NCBI GenBank assembly: GCA_965235115.1
Contig: OZ249436.1
Location: 42,348,001 to 42,412,000 of the forward strand
Reading direction: 5' to 3'
Origin: Laetmonice hystrix
Taxonomy: Eukaryota
DNA length: 64,000 bases
A program made the position numbers and the translations under genes. Positions 45,701-55,000 of the stretch are shown one piece after another. The notes under the pieces are model-generated. The model worked only from the letters and a program-made list of their open reading frames with translations, had not been told where the DNA came from and made no database searches. The first letter of the stretch is position 1, and every line of letters begins with the position of its first letter.

Positions 45701-48700
45701 AAGGTTTGCTCCTATGGCTTCCAGAGATTTTTGAGCACCCATTGCGAGAGGATCTACGGTATAGAACAATTTTTTTTATCATATAAGATCCCCAATCATC
45801 TCTCCTGTGGGTAGGTGGGTTACATCCAAGAAAATAAAGAAGAGAACTATACTGGTGAAGCAAGATATTTTAATAAGGCATAACCACAGATCACACGGCA
45901 AGGAACGTTTAAATTATTTGCTAATTTATTTCACATCAGATGCACAGAAGAACCAATGTAGTATTGGCGCTGATAAATTAACATGCAATTAAGTCATCTA
46001 TACTGTGCCCTAGAAGACCGTGTGTGACAAATGCCCTACTACATAGTCAAACTTTTTTTTTGGATAGGAGCGCCATGCCCTCTTGAAATCCTAGATAGAT
46101 CCCTAATGTAGGTAGCTATATCGCAAATAATAGTTGGGATTTTTTCTAACATAAGACGCAAGGTTTCCTTTAATCATATTGAGGTTTGTAACGCAGTAAT
46201 TCACAATAAAAAATGTAACCGTAGTAAAACAAGTAAAGCAAATTACCAATCCAGCACTCCAGTCTTGCACATGGTGATGTTTTGACAACATCTGGTGGGT
46301 CGACTCCAACGTTAAGACACATAACAAGTGCCACGCTGACAGTCTTCATCTGGTAAGGACAAAAATCTACATATAAATGGCAGTCTACACACACATATAA
46401 TATTGCTAGAATCTCGTATTGTTTAATATTTCATGTCAGAGCTAACTACACGAGGAAATATTGCATGCTTTCTCAAAGCATAAATGATCATGGCATAAAT
46501 GAAACGATAATAATGGTAGGGCGTTTTAATGAAAATTTTAAATTTGATATAACCCTTCATTTCTTTGCTTATATCATAGATCCTACTTAGAGAAAGGCAA
46601 CACAAAAAGAATTTTGAAAAAATATTAAAAACTTTTGGAGTTATGGCCAATTTTGTGATTCGTGGGTATAGGCCGCTCGGAGACATAGGTTTCGGAAAGG
46701 TTGCCAATCCCAAAATTTGCCAATTTTGGAAGCCGATAAAATTAAAATCCTCAATTGCAGGAGGTTTCTTCTTTAGATACTCAATATATTATATGAAATA
46801 TGATCTAAGAAAAGATCTGAAGTACATCGAGCTAAAAAAAGGTTATTTTTTTATTCAATGAAAACTTTTGAAAAATTGTTGGACTTAGTCATTTTTACGG
46901 CGGTCCGCTGACGAAAACATGTGAAATTGCCAATATTCAAAGACTAATATTTAAAAAAGTATATAAGATATCTGCCTGAAATTTGGAAGGCTGTTTGATG
47001 ATGAATGGCACTAAGCAAATATCTTAAAGTTATTCAGATAGGTCCAACCCCTTTTTAAGGGGGGCTCTCAAAACTTTCACAAAATGTGAAAATTTCCAAT
47101 GGTAAAAATTAACAAAAAATAGAATGTTTGCTACTGACATTCGCGTTATTGTGGCTACTTACTTGAACCGATTTCATGCCATTCAATGTTATTTGATTGG
47201 TTTTAGATGCCAGCAGAGTTTCATCAATATGAAATATGGGTCATAAAAAGGAAAAAGGGGGGGGGGATTAATTTTGTAGGCTTAGCTTAGCCTTAGGTCT
47301 AAGACCAAGATGTGGAGAGGCAGGCCTGTACAGCCACGTGTAGTATTTAATCTTGCTCAAGTATGAAAAGTGTTGAACCTTTACATGGGGAAACCCCATA
47401 TTTTTGTTAAAAATCACATTCTTTTAGGGGGGGGGGCTAAAATTGCTTTCTTCATAATGTTGGAAACATGTAGGTGGCCAAAACAGAATCAGGCAGCCTG
47501 ACCAAGCTTGGCAGTACTGAGAGTCTCAGTGAGGCCCATCACCACTGTTGTATCTGTCAGTAGGATAGCCCCCCCCCCAGCTTTCAAGGCTGTATTAGTT
47601 TAGGTAGGGGGGGAACATCCCCCCAAAATGCGCCAGATGTTTTGACTCTAACCTCAGCATAAAATTTGGACCGCTTCCCGTTTGTGACGCACGGTATCTG
47701 GCGGCCTCTCTCCCGGGCCTCCACTGGCACAGCGGCCGGGCCGTCTTGACCTAGTTATCGGTAGGCGGCGACACAATCCCGTGCTCCCGTCCGGCCAAGG
47801 CTAAAGATCAGTGTCGGCGCGCCCTCTTTTGTCAAGCGAAAAAAACTCTCTACGTAGACCGGCGCGAATGTCGTAAAATCATATTGTAAACACGTTGGGC
47901 TTTCGAACGGTACCACACTCGTGCCGATCGACCGACTCAGCGGCGAACGGCATCGACTTGAAGTGCAATTTCTTAAATAAGTCACTTATTTATCTCGATT
48001 TTTGCCACGAGTGTGTCCAAACATGAAACTTCAGATGTTTTTGATTCAGATGAGTATAGTTTTAGAAATGTTTAGCGTGCAGATTATTTTCGCTACGGCG
48101 ATGAAGTTGCAGCCTCTGTTTTTGAAAACGGACCACGGGTCCCAACATGCCGTCACTAGCGTCGATAAAACCACTCGTGAACACGACCGCGTAGCAACGA
48201 AACTAATAAACGGATTTACTTCAGACTTTGTCAGAGGACAGATATACATCTTGTTAATGAGTACATACAGTTTCATTCGATTTCCCCCAAGAATAAAGTT
48301 TCTGTGGAGGTTTTCGTCAACCCCTCTCCTGCGCCTATGCTTAAGCATTGTGTCGCATGGCGAGCGGCCCGCGATGACACGGCCTAATAATGGTTCTATG
48401 ATAACTTAAGTTGGGGGAAGGGTGTAGAACTTTTCTGTCACTTTTCCAAATCAGATTAATTTATTTCCCTACAATTATTATTATAAATAGGCCATATAAA
48501 TATAGGGGAGCGGGTGTAGGCGACTTTTCTACACTGAACCTTTCCATACCCGTTCTTTCATGCGCCATGTCTGAGTCACTGTTTTGGTGCCCTCGATTTT
48601 TTCCATGTGACGTTTCTCAGAGAAGGCGAGTGGGAGTTGACTGTCTTCGAGATCGACTGCCCCATCTTCAACACTATCGTCTTCCTCCGCTTCCATCCCA

Positions 48701-48744
48701 AGTGGCACCATATTTTTCGACTTATCCATGTTCAACAACTGCAT
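21777..48744 (-). CDS. RPTOR: Regulatory-associated protein of mTOR (Raptor), ~1311 aa, 31 coding exons
   Basis: Exons in transcription order: 48550-48744, 46247-46349, 45593-45753, 45401-45481, 45135-45281, 44506-44690, 36817-36876, 36550-36650, 36003-36147, 34725-34902, 34041-34124, 33648-33758, 33067-33141, 32733-32798, 31484-31582, 31081-31173, 30744-30884, 30381-30495, 27467-27565, 26970-27193, 26658-26758, 26114-26267, 25739-25967, 25303-25417, 24601-24725, 24317-24421, 23072-23309, 22739-22825, 22459-22575, 22162-22291, 21777-21848 (3936 nt, frame continuous). RNC motifs [41 protein letters not shown] and [22 protein letters not shown], followed by HEAT/ARM and C-terminal WD40 repeats. 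The start Met (48744 vs 48729 or later) and the linker exons are less certain. Confidence 0.96.
26448..26604. mobile_element. CAGG-terminated MITE with 5-bp TSD (hAT-like)
   Basis: TIR CAGGGCTCGAAATA / TATTTCGAGCCCTG; GACTT on both flanks. Confidence 0.75.
31746..32668. mobile_element. Tc1/mariner (pogo/Tigger-like) non-autonomous element
   Basis: TIR CAGTGGTCCCCCT / AGGGGGACCACTG followed by TA; repeated subterminal GGTGGTCGCTTATAAG motifs; the left TA is not directly adjacent. Confidence 0.7.
33243..33434. mobile_element. Tc1/mariner-like MITE
   Basis: TIR CCGTATATGTCCCTTTAGC / GCTAAAGGGACATATACGG; TA on both flanks. Confidence 0.8.
36952..37216 (-). repeat. 3' LTR of BEL/Pao element
   Basis: Identical by eye to 44044-44308; ends form an 11/12 inverted repeat (TGTTCTGGAACC...GGTTCCAGTACA). 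Confidence 0.97.
37383..43943 (-). CDS. BEL/Pao Gag-Pol polyprotein (2186 aa)
   Basis: Three Cys/His knuckles (CMLH..H..C, CNRC..H..C, CSDC..H..H), protease AVLDDQS, RT RIVFD...FYVDD, Pao-type RNase H HVFCDAS...AKLSP...IPRMEL, integrase HHCC plus GLDVFGP / YSDCGTNF / GAWERLIG. Domain order is PR-RT-RH-IN with no stops. Confidence 0.97.
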   Translation of the reverse strand: MSASRCSRSHTGSSSSSQSSTVIAEARAKAAEAKTRAASGGRLAQAQLEATARQLEVERLHLEEEAAVADARLRAIEEAFCELEGGGVDECMPVSQLPTPAEKVDLMFSGTDEAQGQPIKVSTPNIDLPADRQVSDSVTGVSPTKGTVYMGDLDMGQSAPSQYNEVFTTTAAMNEHYHSPCHESPQKLSLATGMSTTQTSAVSSMPRQGIAMSPTMSPMTAPGIGHQPYPAADQFCTQPTAGHVSPRLSSSVYPPITQPSVVSSMPRQGNAMSPTMSPMTAPGIGHQPYPAADQFRTQPTAGHVSPRLSSSVYPPITQPSVVSSMPRQGNAMSPTMPPMTAPGIGHQPYPAADQFRTQPTTGQVSPRLSSSAYPSIMQPAVSNMPCQGNTTSPTMPPMTAPGISHQPRTAADQAYTRQTAGCVSPHLSSPTYPHEMQRVEGEGSAAMVSSMKNLGEYLLRQDLVSSKIFKFEDKAEDFRIWRLSFCNMIKNVPLSSDEQLNLMAEHMAEGSEAQQMVKRLSRAYIANPDKGLSEAWGRLYQRFGSDEAVTQALIRKLEQLPTVASRDGPGLQRFSDIVEEVEAAKNDGSLGGLAALDTPQFIKPIVAKLPPPVVDNWRAEAFKYKELYRGSFPPFSELAAFLRRLSNIWNDLSLQITPITTKAPRFAPSNVCRPTRGTRPTYGTVRVNKTNVRPSASNDTSQRKPERYGSHSTQSLMDPRQACMLHNTKNHLLADCRAFKAKSIDTRMQLLTQWGICNRCTASTQHVTADCNERIQCSDCHSTEHCSVLHPCSQGKTQASGSRQVYGGEPVKIVNNCTKICAKSGFSNRSCSKICLVNVYSAKNPTKVLTMYAVLDDQSNRSLASSKLFSYFNCHNEPIPYELRTCAGSSAALGRRINDLVIESIDGTTQLPLPTITECNVIPSNRSEIPTADVAKIYSHMRPIATKIPPYRAEAEIMLLIGRDAPQLLKVRESRNGPANAPWAQRTDLGWVIVGDICLKGMHKPDKIDVYRTHIVDNGRPSLCSPCSNRILLRDDAVTDSHSLSGTLPDINSSCKTEDSIGRDVFIKTKNDDKPGLSNEDRQFMTIMRDVFVKDDRGYWVAPLPFKHTVSLENNRCMAMNRLKCLCKLFNKNPALKQRYVECMGKLLARDHAEAINPGSNTGESRPRWYLPHFGVFHPRKPKDLRIVFDSSATWNGKSLNQALLTGPDMYNSLFGVLLRFRQEPVGIMADVEHMFYCFYVQEDHRDWLRFLWFKDNNPDKEVCEHRMKVHVFGNRPSPAIAAYGLRKTAELNESKFGADARQFVEHNFYVDDGLTSLPTAEKAIDLLTRTREMLATANLHLHKIASNSMEVMSHFPQSEHAPSLRSLDLSADTLPIQSSLGVYWDLHSDQIVFKAPDINKCYTRRGVLSLVNGIFDPLGLAAPVIIKGKILLRQMTTAGPDGKPLDWDEPLPDKFRERWERWCTSLVDLAEVYVPRAYCKHPMSLNSHRELHVFCDASTEAIAACGYLRLCDDKDRVTVQFVAGKAKLSPAQPITIPRMELCAAVLAVELADTILDELDIQLTSVSYYTDSKVVLGYVQNESRRFYVYVANRVQRIRKTSTPPQWHYVSTDVNPADLATRSVKAHELMNSSWLQGPRFLHASQVNMCTSLPYVTPQDDPEVRTAATVTAQAEEHLGSKRFTRFSSWSSLVKAIAMLMHFIRLYKSSKTTPNQLHVSPRSEWLVETMEGAALLIIKTAQQDDFKSDIQHLQRYGKVSQGSTLYKLSPFLDKYGVMRVGGRLDLSDLEDKEKHPILLHKRQYIATLIVRNVHQNVRHQGRQITAGAVRTQGYWIVGGKRLISDILNKCVTCRKLRAVHTTQRMADLPPERTTPSPPFTHVGLDVFGPWTVSTRRTRSTGGHSKRWAVLFTCMATRAVHIELIEELTTSSFLNALRRFMAIRGQVKCCYSDCGTNFIGASRELNEALREMDKTTLETYLTQNSMQWKFNVPHASHMGGAWERLIGVSRRILDSILRETKVPLTHELLSTFMAEVSAIINCRPLVAVSSDPDSPEVLSPAAILTMKSSPIGPPPGDFTHAANACGRQWRRVQHLAQLFWSRWRKEYLPTLQPRKRWQAHQRNLQVGDLVLLKDTTHRNDWPYARVIETLPSSDKQVRKVRVQTARDGVKRVYARPVTELVLLLQNEDLH
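42633..43337 (-). repeat. Four tandem ~180-bp (60-aa) in-frame repeats in Gag N-terminal region
   Basis: Unit [60 protein letters not shown]. Copies 1 and 2 differ at 2 aa; copies 3 and 4 are progressively more diverged. Confidence 0.95.
44044..44308 (-). repeat. 5' LTR of BEL/Pao element
   Basis: Lies 100 nt upstream of the gag ATG. It contains TAAATATA and an AATACA poly(A)-signal variant (44129-44134) on the element strand. Confidence 0.97.
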
Positions 48745-49080
48745 GAGGACGTATTTCGTCTAGCCATAAAACATGCCCTTTGCCCTTAAATGTCAATCAA
48801 TAACAATTTTACATGCGGTTCAGCCATGCACCATGCAACATGTTGGCGGCCATGGTAGACTCTACATATAAACTCGCAACAGGTAAAAGTTTGTTATTTA
48901 TGTATATCCTTAGTTAATTAAAACTTTCTGGAATAAAACATTAATAAATATTATTAATTGTTATATCCAATCAGCCTTGAGTAAAATATGCGTAAAATTT
49001 AAGAAAACTTCAAAAAAGTATTGCTTCGAGAGTGCAGATTGGTAGGTATTGTTTCCGGTTCCGTCCGCGCCGGAAGAAAA
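48745..49080. promoter_or_regulatory. Bidirectional promoter region RPTOR / SUFU-like
   Basis: The divergent start codons are only 336 bp apart. The region has CCAAT (~48967), ATTGG (~49038) and ETS-like CCGGAA motifs (~49053, ~49071). Confidence 0.7.
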
Positions 49081-52000
49081 ATGGCGGGTTCCGGTGTCAA
49101 CACGTCTGATCAGGAGCACAAAGAAAACCGTGGAAAGGAACCCTCTGTAGGTGTTGAAGTTATCAAAAAGTTAATTCTTAGCGTGTATCCCGACCAAGAA
49201 AATCACATTCAAGCAACAGCAGTCAGGAAATTTTGGTAAGTAACTCGTGTCAAACCAAAATAACTGAGATATCCCCGGTTATCGCCCTGGCTTGGGCTGG
49301 ACCCTGGCTGTGACACGGGGTGGCGGCATCGGGGGGGGGGGGGGGGCGCTGTAGAAGTCAGTGTCCTTCGCAGACATGACCGGGCGGACACGTCGTGTTA
49401 CCGTTTAAACTTTTTCGTAGCCTCATTGGTGATTATAAGCACCTCAAACTGATGTACTTGCACTAAATTATGAATCTGATTATTGTTAAAAAAATCAAGT
49501 GGTATATTCAATCTAGCCTCTAACATAGGCCGTGTGTATACACGGCCTATCCTCTAGCGAATGGGCTACGAGACCAAACGTTCAACCCGCAAAATGAATG
49601 TGCGCCCGCACCTCTTCCATCACTTCAAATAAAAGATTGCCTTTACCTTCAGCTACTGAGCCCAATGAACTTACTTGGTGTTCCTCTAAGCAACAGATTC
49701 AGCCAATTTTCCAAACCAAGCGACCACTTTCCATAGTCTTACAACCGGCGCCATTTCTGTAAACCCACATCCGGGGTCAAGCTCACGAAGGGAGCAGTCA
49801 TTTGAGATGTTGGCTATTAGTTTGGCGCCATAATGGAGGAATTGCTGTTTGGTCTAGAATAATGAATGCTCCCCTGCTGGTCGCCAGTGGGCATGTTTTG
49901 AACATGCGCAGTAGAACAAACAGTATGGCGGCTAACGGCAGCGAACCAGCGCGATTCGGAATTTCGAAAGTCTGATTTATTAAAACTTTGGGCAAAAATC
50001 CTCGGAAAAGTGTGCAGCAGAGGAACAGAAGATGGGCTGCGTTAGAATTGACACCTCAACTGGCAGTAGTTACGATGGATTTTGCACAGCGAGTGATTGA
50101 CATAGGAGGTAGGGTTTTTCGCGTTAACGCTGTCCGTCCCTACACTGGGGACGATACTCCGTCTATATTCAATCATGATTGTCAAGGTTACTTCTGACAG
50201 GTCAGCCAACTGCCCAGGACACTTTGAACAACCCCACTATAGGTCTATGCTCTGACCAACCACCAGATGCACTGACTTGCCAGATGCTCTGATCATCAGA
50301 TGCTTTGACTATAACTCCCCTATGGAGGTCCCGGCCCAGTCCACGTGGCGCTTATGGCGGGGAGCCAAGACACATAGTGCTCATGCAGGCCTCTCAAAAG
50401 TTTTGCCGCCGCCTACTTTTTGTTGAATGACAAAAAATCTTTTTAACAATGTTCTTTTTTCACTTTCCTGCATATAGGATCCGCACACGGCCTCAGCATG
50501 TACCAAAACAACATGTCAGTGATGAGCAATTGTCCCTCTCAGATGCCAGGAAATTGCATCTCAGCCTCATGTTAGTAATTCTGGTAGAGGCATTTGTCAT
50601 GATCAGCCCATCGAGAAACTGGCCAGCGATAACTTCCTGGTAATCCACACTGGCTCAGTGGTAGACGTGGGCACCCTTAACAGCTTCACGTTAAGGATGT
50701 GGGAGAAGGCCATAGAGAATTTACCAAATGCATCAATTGGCTTGGTTTCAAGGCCGATTTCAAAGCCCTGTCGCGATGTCTACTTAGGCTGAGATGCCCC
50801 TGTTAATGTGTGTAGTGTTCGCTAGGATCTTCGTCAAGAAATTGTCTATTCCGAAGGTGATTTTGATTTGTCAGGCCTTTTGTTGTAAGTTCAATCCGAC
50901 TTTTTGAAACTCTCCATCGCCATTCGGCACGCGTTCGCCACCATTCACCCACATGAATCAGCTAGTTCCGGTTCCATTTGCACAACAACAAACGTGGACT
51001 CGAACGGTTCAGGGTATGAAATCGGCCGTAATATATTACAGAAGGAGTGCATTACTTGTGTGCTGCACACCCTCAGATGTAAAGGGAAGTAATCATGTAT
51101 TCGTAGAGATATGAATCAGTGCCGTTTCTTTATTTAAAGGGATTTTGCAAAATCTCTACGAGTCCTCTAACGACCCTAACACGACAGTGTATAGGGGAGA
51201 GTCAACAGCTAGCTCAGTGGCTGCACTTTTCCAGCCTGGACTTGATCCGTTTGTTCTCTCATTGTCACTTGTGACATCATAGAGGTGACTACATGCAGAC
51301 CGACTAAGTACTGTAAAGTGTGGACCAATACTACCATAAAACTTTGACTGGAGCTCAGATTCACCTTTACAAACTCGTGTAAAATGTGCTTCCTTGGGGG
51401 CCGTTTTACTAATACAGTCAGACCTCGTTATACCGGTCGCCACTAATCCGGAAACCCCGATATCCGGACGGTAAACCTTGGGAACGGATTTTTTTGGTTC
51501 GTTTTGTTATCATTAATCCGGATGTCCCGGTTTCCGGATCCGGACGCATTATTAATGAACATTTCTCATCATATTTGTCTCATCAAACCGGACGGCCAAC
51601 CTTCAAAATGTCTGATTACCCATACTGTCTGGAGCAAGTCAGGTGTAAACCGGCGACACCTAGTATCAGTGTACAAGCCTGCCCAGGCCAGGGCAGCCAG
51701 CAACTCAGCCTGTCACAACAAACGCGGCTTGGACCTGGCTGACCGTGTACTCACACAGCCAGTAGTGGGGTGGGGGTGGGGGTGGGGTTGGGGTGAGGGT
51801 ACTGGTGTGTGTGCTGCAGGGGGCCACTATTATAGGGGACCCTGCCCGGGGGTCTGGCACCCTCTCTGACCCCCAATCTTACACACTGCACCTTCCATTT
51901 CAAATTTCACACCTTCCATTTCAAAGATCACAGCTTGCATTTCAAATAGGGTGAGTTGTCTTTGAGGGAACAGGTTTTGAGCGGCTCTTCTGTTTGAAAA

Positions 52001-55000
52001 CCCAAACTGCTATCTTGAATGAATAGATCAACAACTAACAGTTTTCTATTATGATGAGTATAAATATGGGCAAATTTCAATGCTACATTCACCCGACAAA
52101 CCATCGTCATGCAGATAAAAGAAAAGAAAATTCACACTGTAGCAGCATATGCTTCTTTCCTGCAGTGTGTTAAATAATCTTCCCTTTCCCCTTCCATTTC
52201 CTTCTCAAATATTTAACATTATAACATTTTATTTGAAGCCTTGAGCGAAAAAGTTGAAAACATATCACTCTACTGACACTTGATAGCACTACAACCAATC
52301 TTGCGTCTAGGAGATATAATTGCCCCCTAGCGGCCGGATCGGGATATAATCCCCCCCTAGCGGCTGGGTCAGGAACCATATTCACTAATCCGGATGCATC
52401 GGTATCCGGACGGTTTTTCATGGGAACCAAAGTGTCCCGATTAACGGGGTCTGACTGTATTTGGCGCTCACCGATTTTGGGGAATAAAATTTTAGCCAAA
52501 TCTGGTGACCATGGCAAGGATTTCTTTAGTTTGTCTAAATTGCCCTCGCTGGCACGGAGACTCGCTGTGGGTGATAAACACTGATGTCAAAATGGACAAA
52601 ACTCTGAACTTCTACACCCATGAAATTTAATAATTAAAGGTTTGTTAGGATATTCCTTGCACTGAATGAGCTTGATTAATCATTTCAAGAATGCATATAT
52701 ATGTGTAAGAGTGAAAGTATCCCTATGTAAGTAGGATTTTGACCACATTTGGCGATGGATGTCTCGCCAGCAAAATCACTGATTTGGCGAGAATTTTTGG
52801 GTCAGCATGTTCTTAATGAAACACCTGTCCTTCCCTATTTCGCCAGATTGGCGACAGTGTTAATGAAAGTTGGCGAAAATCAACATGAGTGAAACGTCTT
52901 CCTGGATACCAGAATAATTATGTAAATGTCCCTGATAACCTACAGTGGTTCTTTTTATTTTTACAGGCTTGGGGGGCCTGACCCCCTGGACTTTGTCAGC
53001 ATACTCCTCCACCCAGGGGATGCAATGCTGAGGTCTCCTCCACACTGGCATTACATCACTTTTGGCTTTAGTGATCTACATGGAGATGGTCGTGTCCACC
53101 AGTAAGTTATAATCAACATAGTTGTTTGTGTATTCCAGTGAATCACACAGGGATGGCAGGATTTTATCTGTCCCATTGTCCAGTTGTACCGTGAATTCGA
53201 AAATAAATGCAGTGGAAGATGGACATAATATTATTGGTTTATGTTTCAGGGTAAGCGAAGGAGAACAACAGAGTGGTTTTGGCTTTGAACTCACATTTCG
53301 CCTGAAGAAAGAAAAGCATGATATCCATCCACCTATTTGGCCAGCAACTCTCTTCAACTCACTGGCCAGGTATGTCTTCAAGACAGGTAGGTTACAAAGG
53401 TTTTCGGTATATTTTGAAATTAAAGAAGTTTGGAATCATCCGTTCAAATAGATACTAATTGGTACAAATAGATACATAAGCCTAACTGAGAACCCTACAT
53501 GTTGGTACAGTAAGACCATGGTATAATGTATCACGGTCACCTGATGTCTCAGCATCTGTGAGGATAACGGCCAGATTTTTATTTAACAAATGATAGTCTA
53601 GAACATAAGGGCCTAAGATAGGTATACTTAGGCTTAGTTAATTGCGTCAAGCATGATTTTATTAACCTTGTAAACTTCTCTTTCTCTTTCATAGGAAATA
53701 TTCTCAATTGTGGTGACCATATCCCATGGGAAGGTTCCCTTAACACTGAAACTGAAAGCAGTTCCCTAATTCAACATATGCTCCTTACTGAAGACAGCCA
53801 ACTATGTACTACAGATGGTCCTTTTGGCACAGTCCAATTTAGACAAGTTAGTTGTCATTACAGTACAATTGCTGTTTTCAGTCACGCGTTTACATGATCA
53901 AGGACATCTGTACTGCTATGTAGTCAGTTTCATTTAGTTGCTCTTTATTTATGGATGTAGTTCTAACACTCAGTATAGCTTGGAGCAGCTTTTTTTTGGT
54001 ATCAGATATAATATTTACAATAGAGAGGTCATTCAAACTATTTAATATAGTGGTATGGTTATGTCAACCAGTAGAAGGTGGTTATTGATGTAGTTATATT
54101 CGCCAGGTGGTTGGCGTCACAGAATCTGAAATGAACACAGCACAGAGATGGAATGGCAGCAGTGTTATTGATCTCCTGACAAAAACACCACAGTAAGTTA
54201 AGTTTCAGCATAGCTACAGAGGCAACGTGAATTATCTTTCCAGGCTGTTGGCATGGAAATCCATTTGTGCATTCTTTTAAAAGGTGAAAGGCCACTAAAT
54301 GCTGGAGTACACAATAGTAATATACATTAGTCCAATATATTGAAGTCAGGTTTTTTGTGTGTGTACAATCAAGACTAATTTATCAACCAGGAATTGTTTT
54401 GGGAATTATCTTTTATGGAATAAGCCCTTCAGTAAATTATATACGCTGCTTTCTTTTTAACAATTCAATATCAAATCTTGAAACAGGAAGTAAGGCATGT
54501 AAAAGGTTATTGGCTGTATTTGCTTCAGAGTTGGAGGCGGTCTACTTGTGACAGACATGGGCCGTGATAAGTCTGTGTTGGACTTCAACCCACAATTAAG
54601 CCAGGTCATCCTTACTGGCATTGAACGGGATGGTTCCAATCTTGGTCACGTGACAGCTGTCTGTACATGGCAAGACAGGTCTGTTGCAAGGCTTTAGAGC
54701 ATTATAAATGAAGAATTAAAACATCAGATTAAACATAACTAGTTATGGTCAGCATGTTCTCATCGGCATTACCTAATGGAAGTAGGTTTTTGCTAAAGTT
54801 TTCAGTGTTAATTGTTTATTTCAGCCAAGGAAATGTTTCCTCAGGGGAAGATGATGAAGATTGTGAGGAGCGAGAGGTTCAGATGGCCTCATTATCAATG
54901 GACCTTGCAGCAGCTGAACTTCTCCCTCTCATGGTAGCGTAAGTACAAATTTCTAAGTAATATTGCATAAGCATCACACCTAATTTGTTTTGTGAATCAG

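Noticed and set aside
46400..48410. Probable transposon remnants in RPTOR intron 1
   Set aside because: I could not define TIR pairs, TSDs or coding motifs with confidence.
49525..49550. Perfect hairpin ATAGGCCGTGT-GTAT-ACACGGCCTAT
   Set aside because: Most likely a subterminal palindrome of a repeat element; nothing supports an RNA gene.
50651..50675. tRNA A-box-like TGGCTCAGTGGTAGA (similar strings near 3768, 7248, 51207)
   Set aside because: No B-box or cloverleaf downstream; at most decayed SINE fragments.
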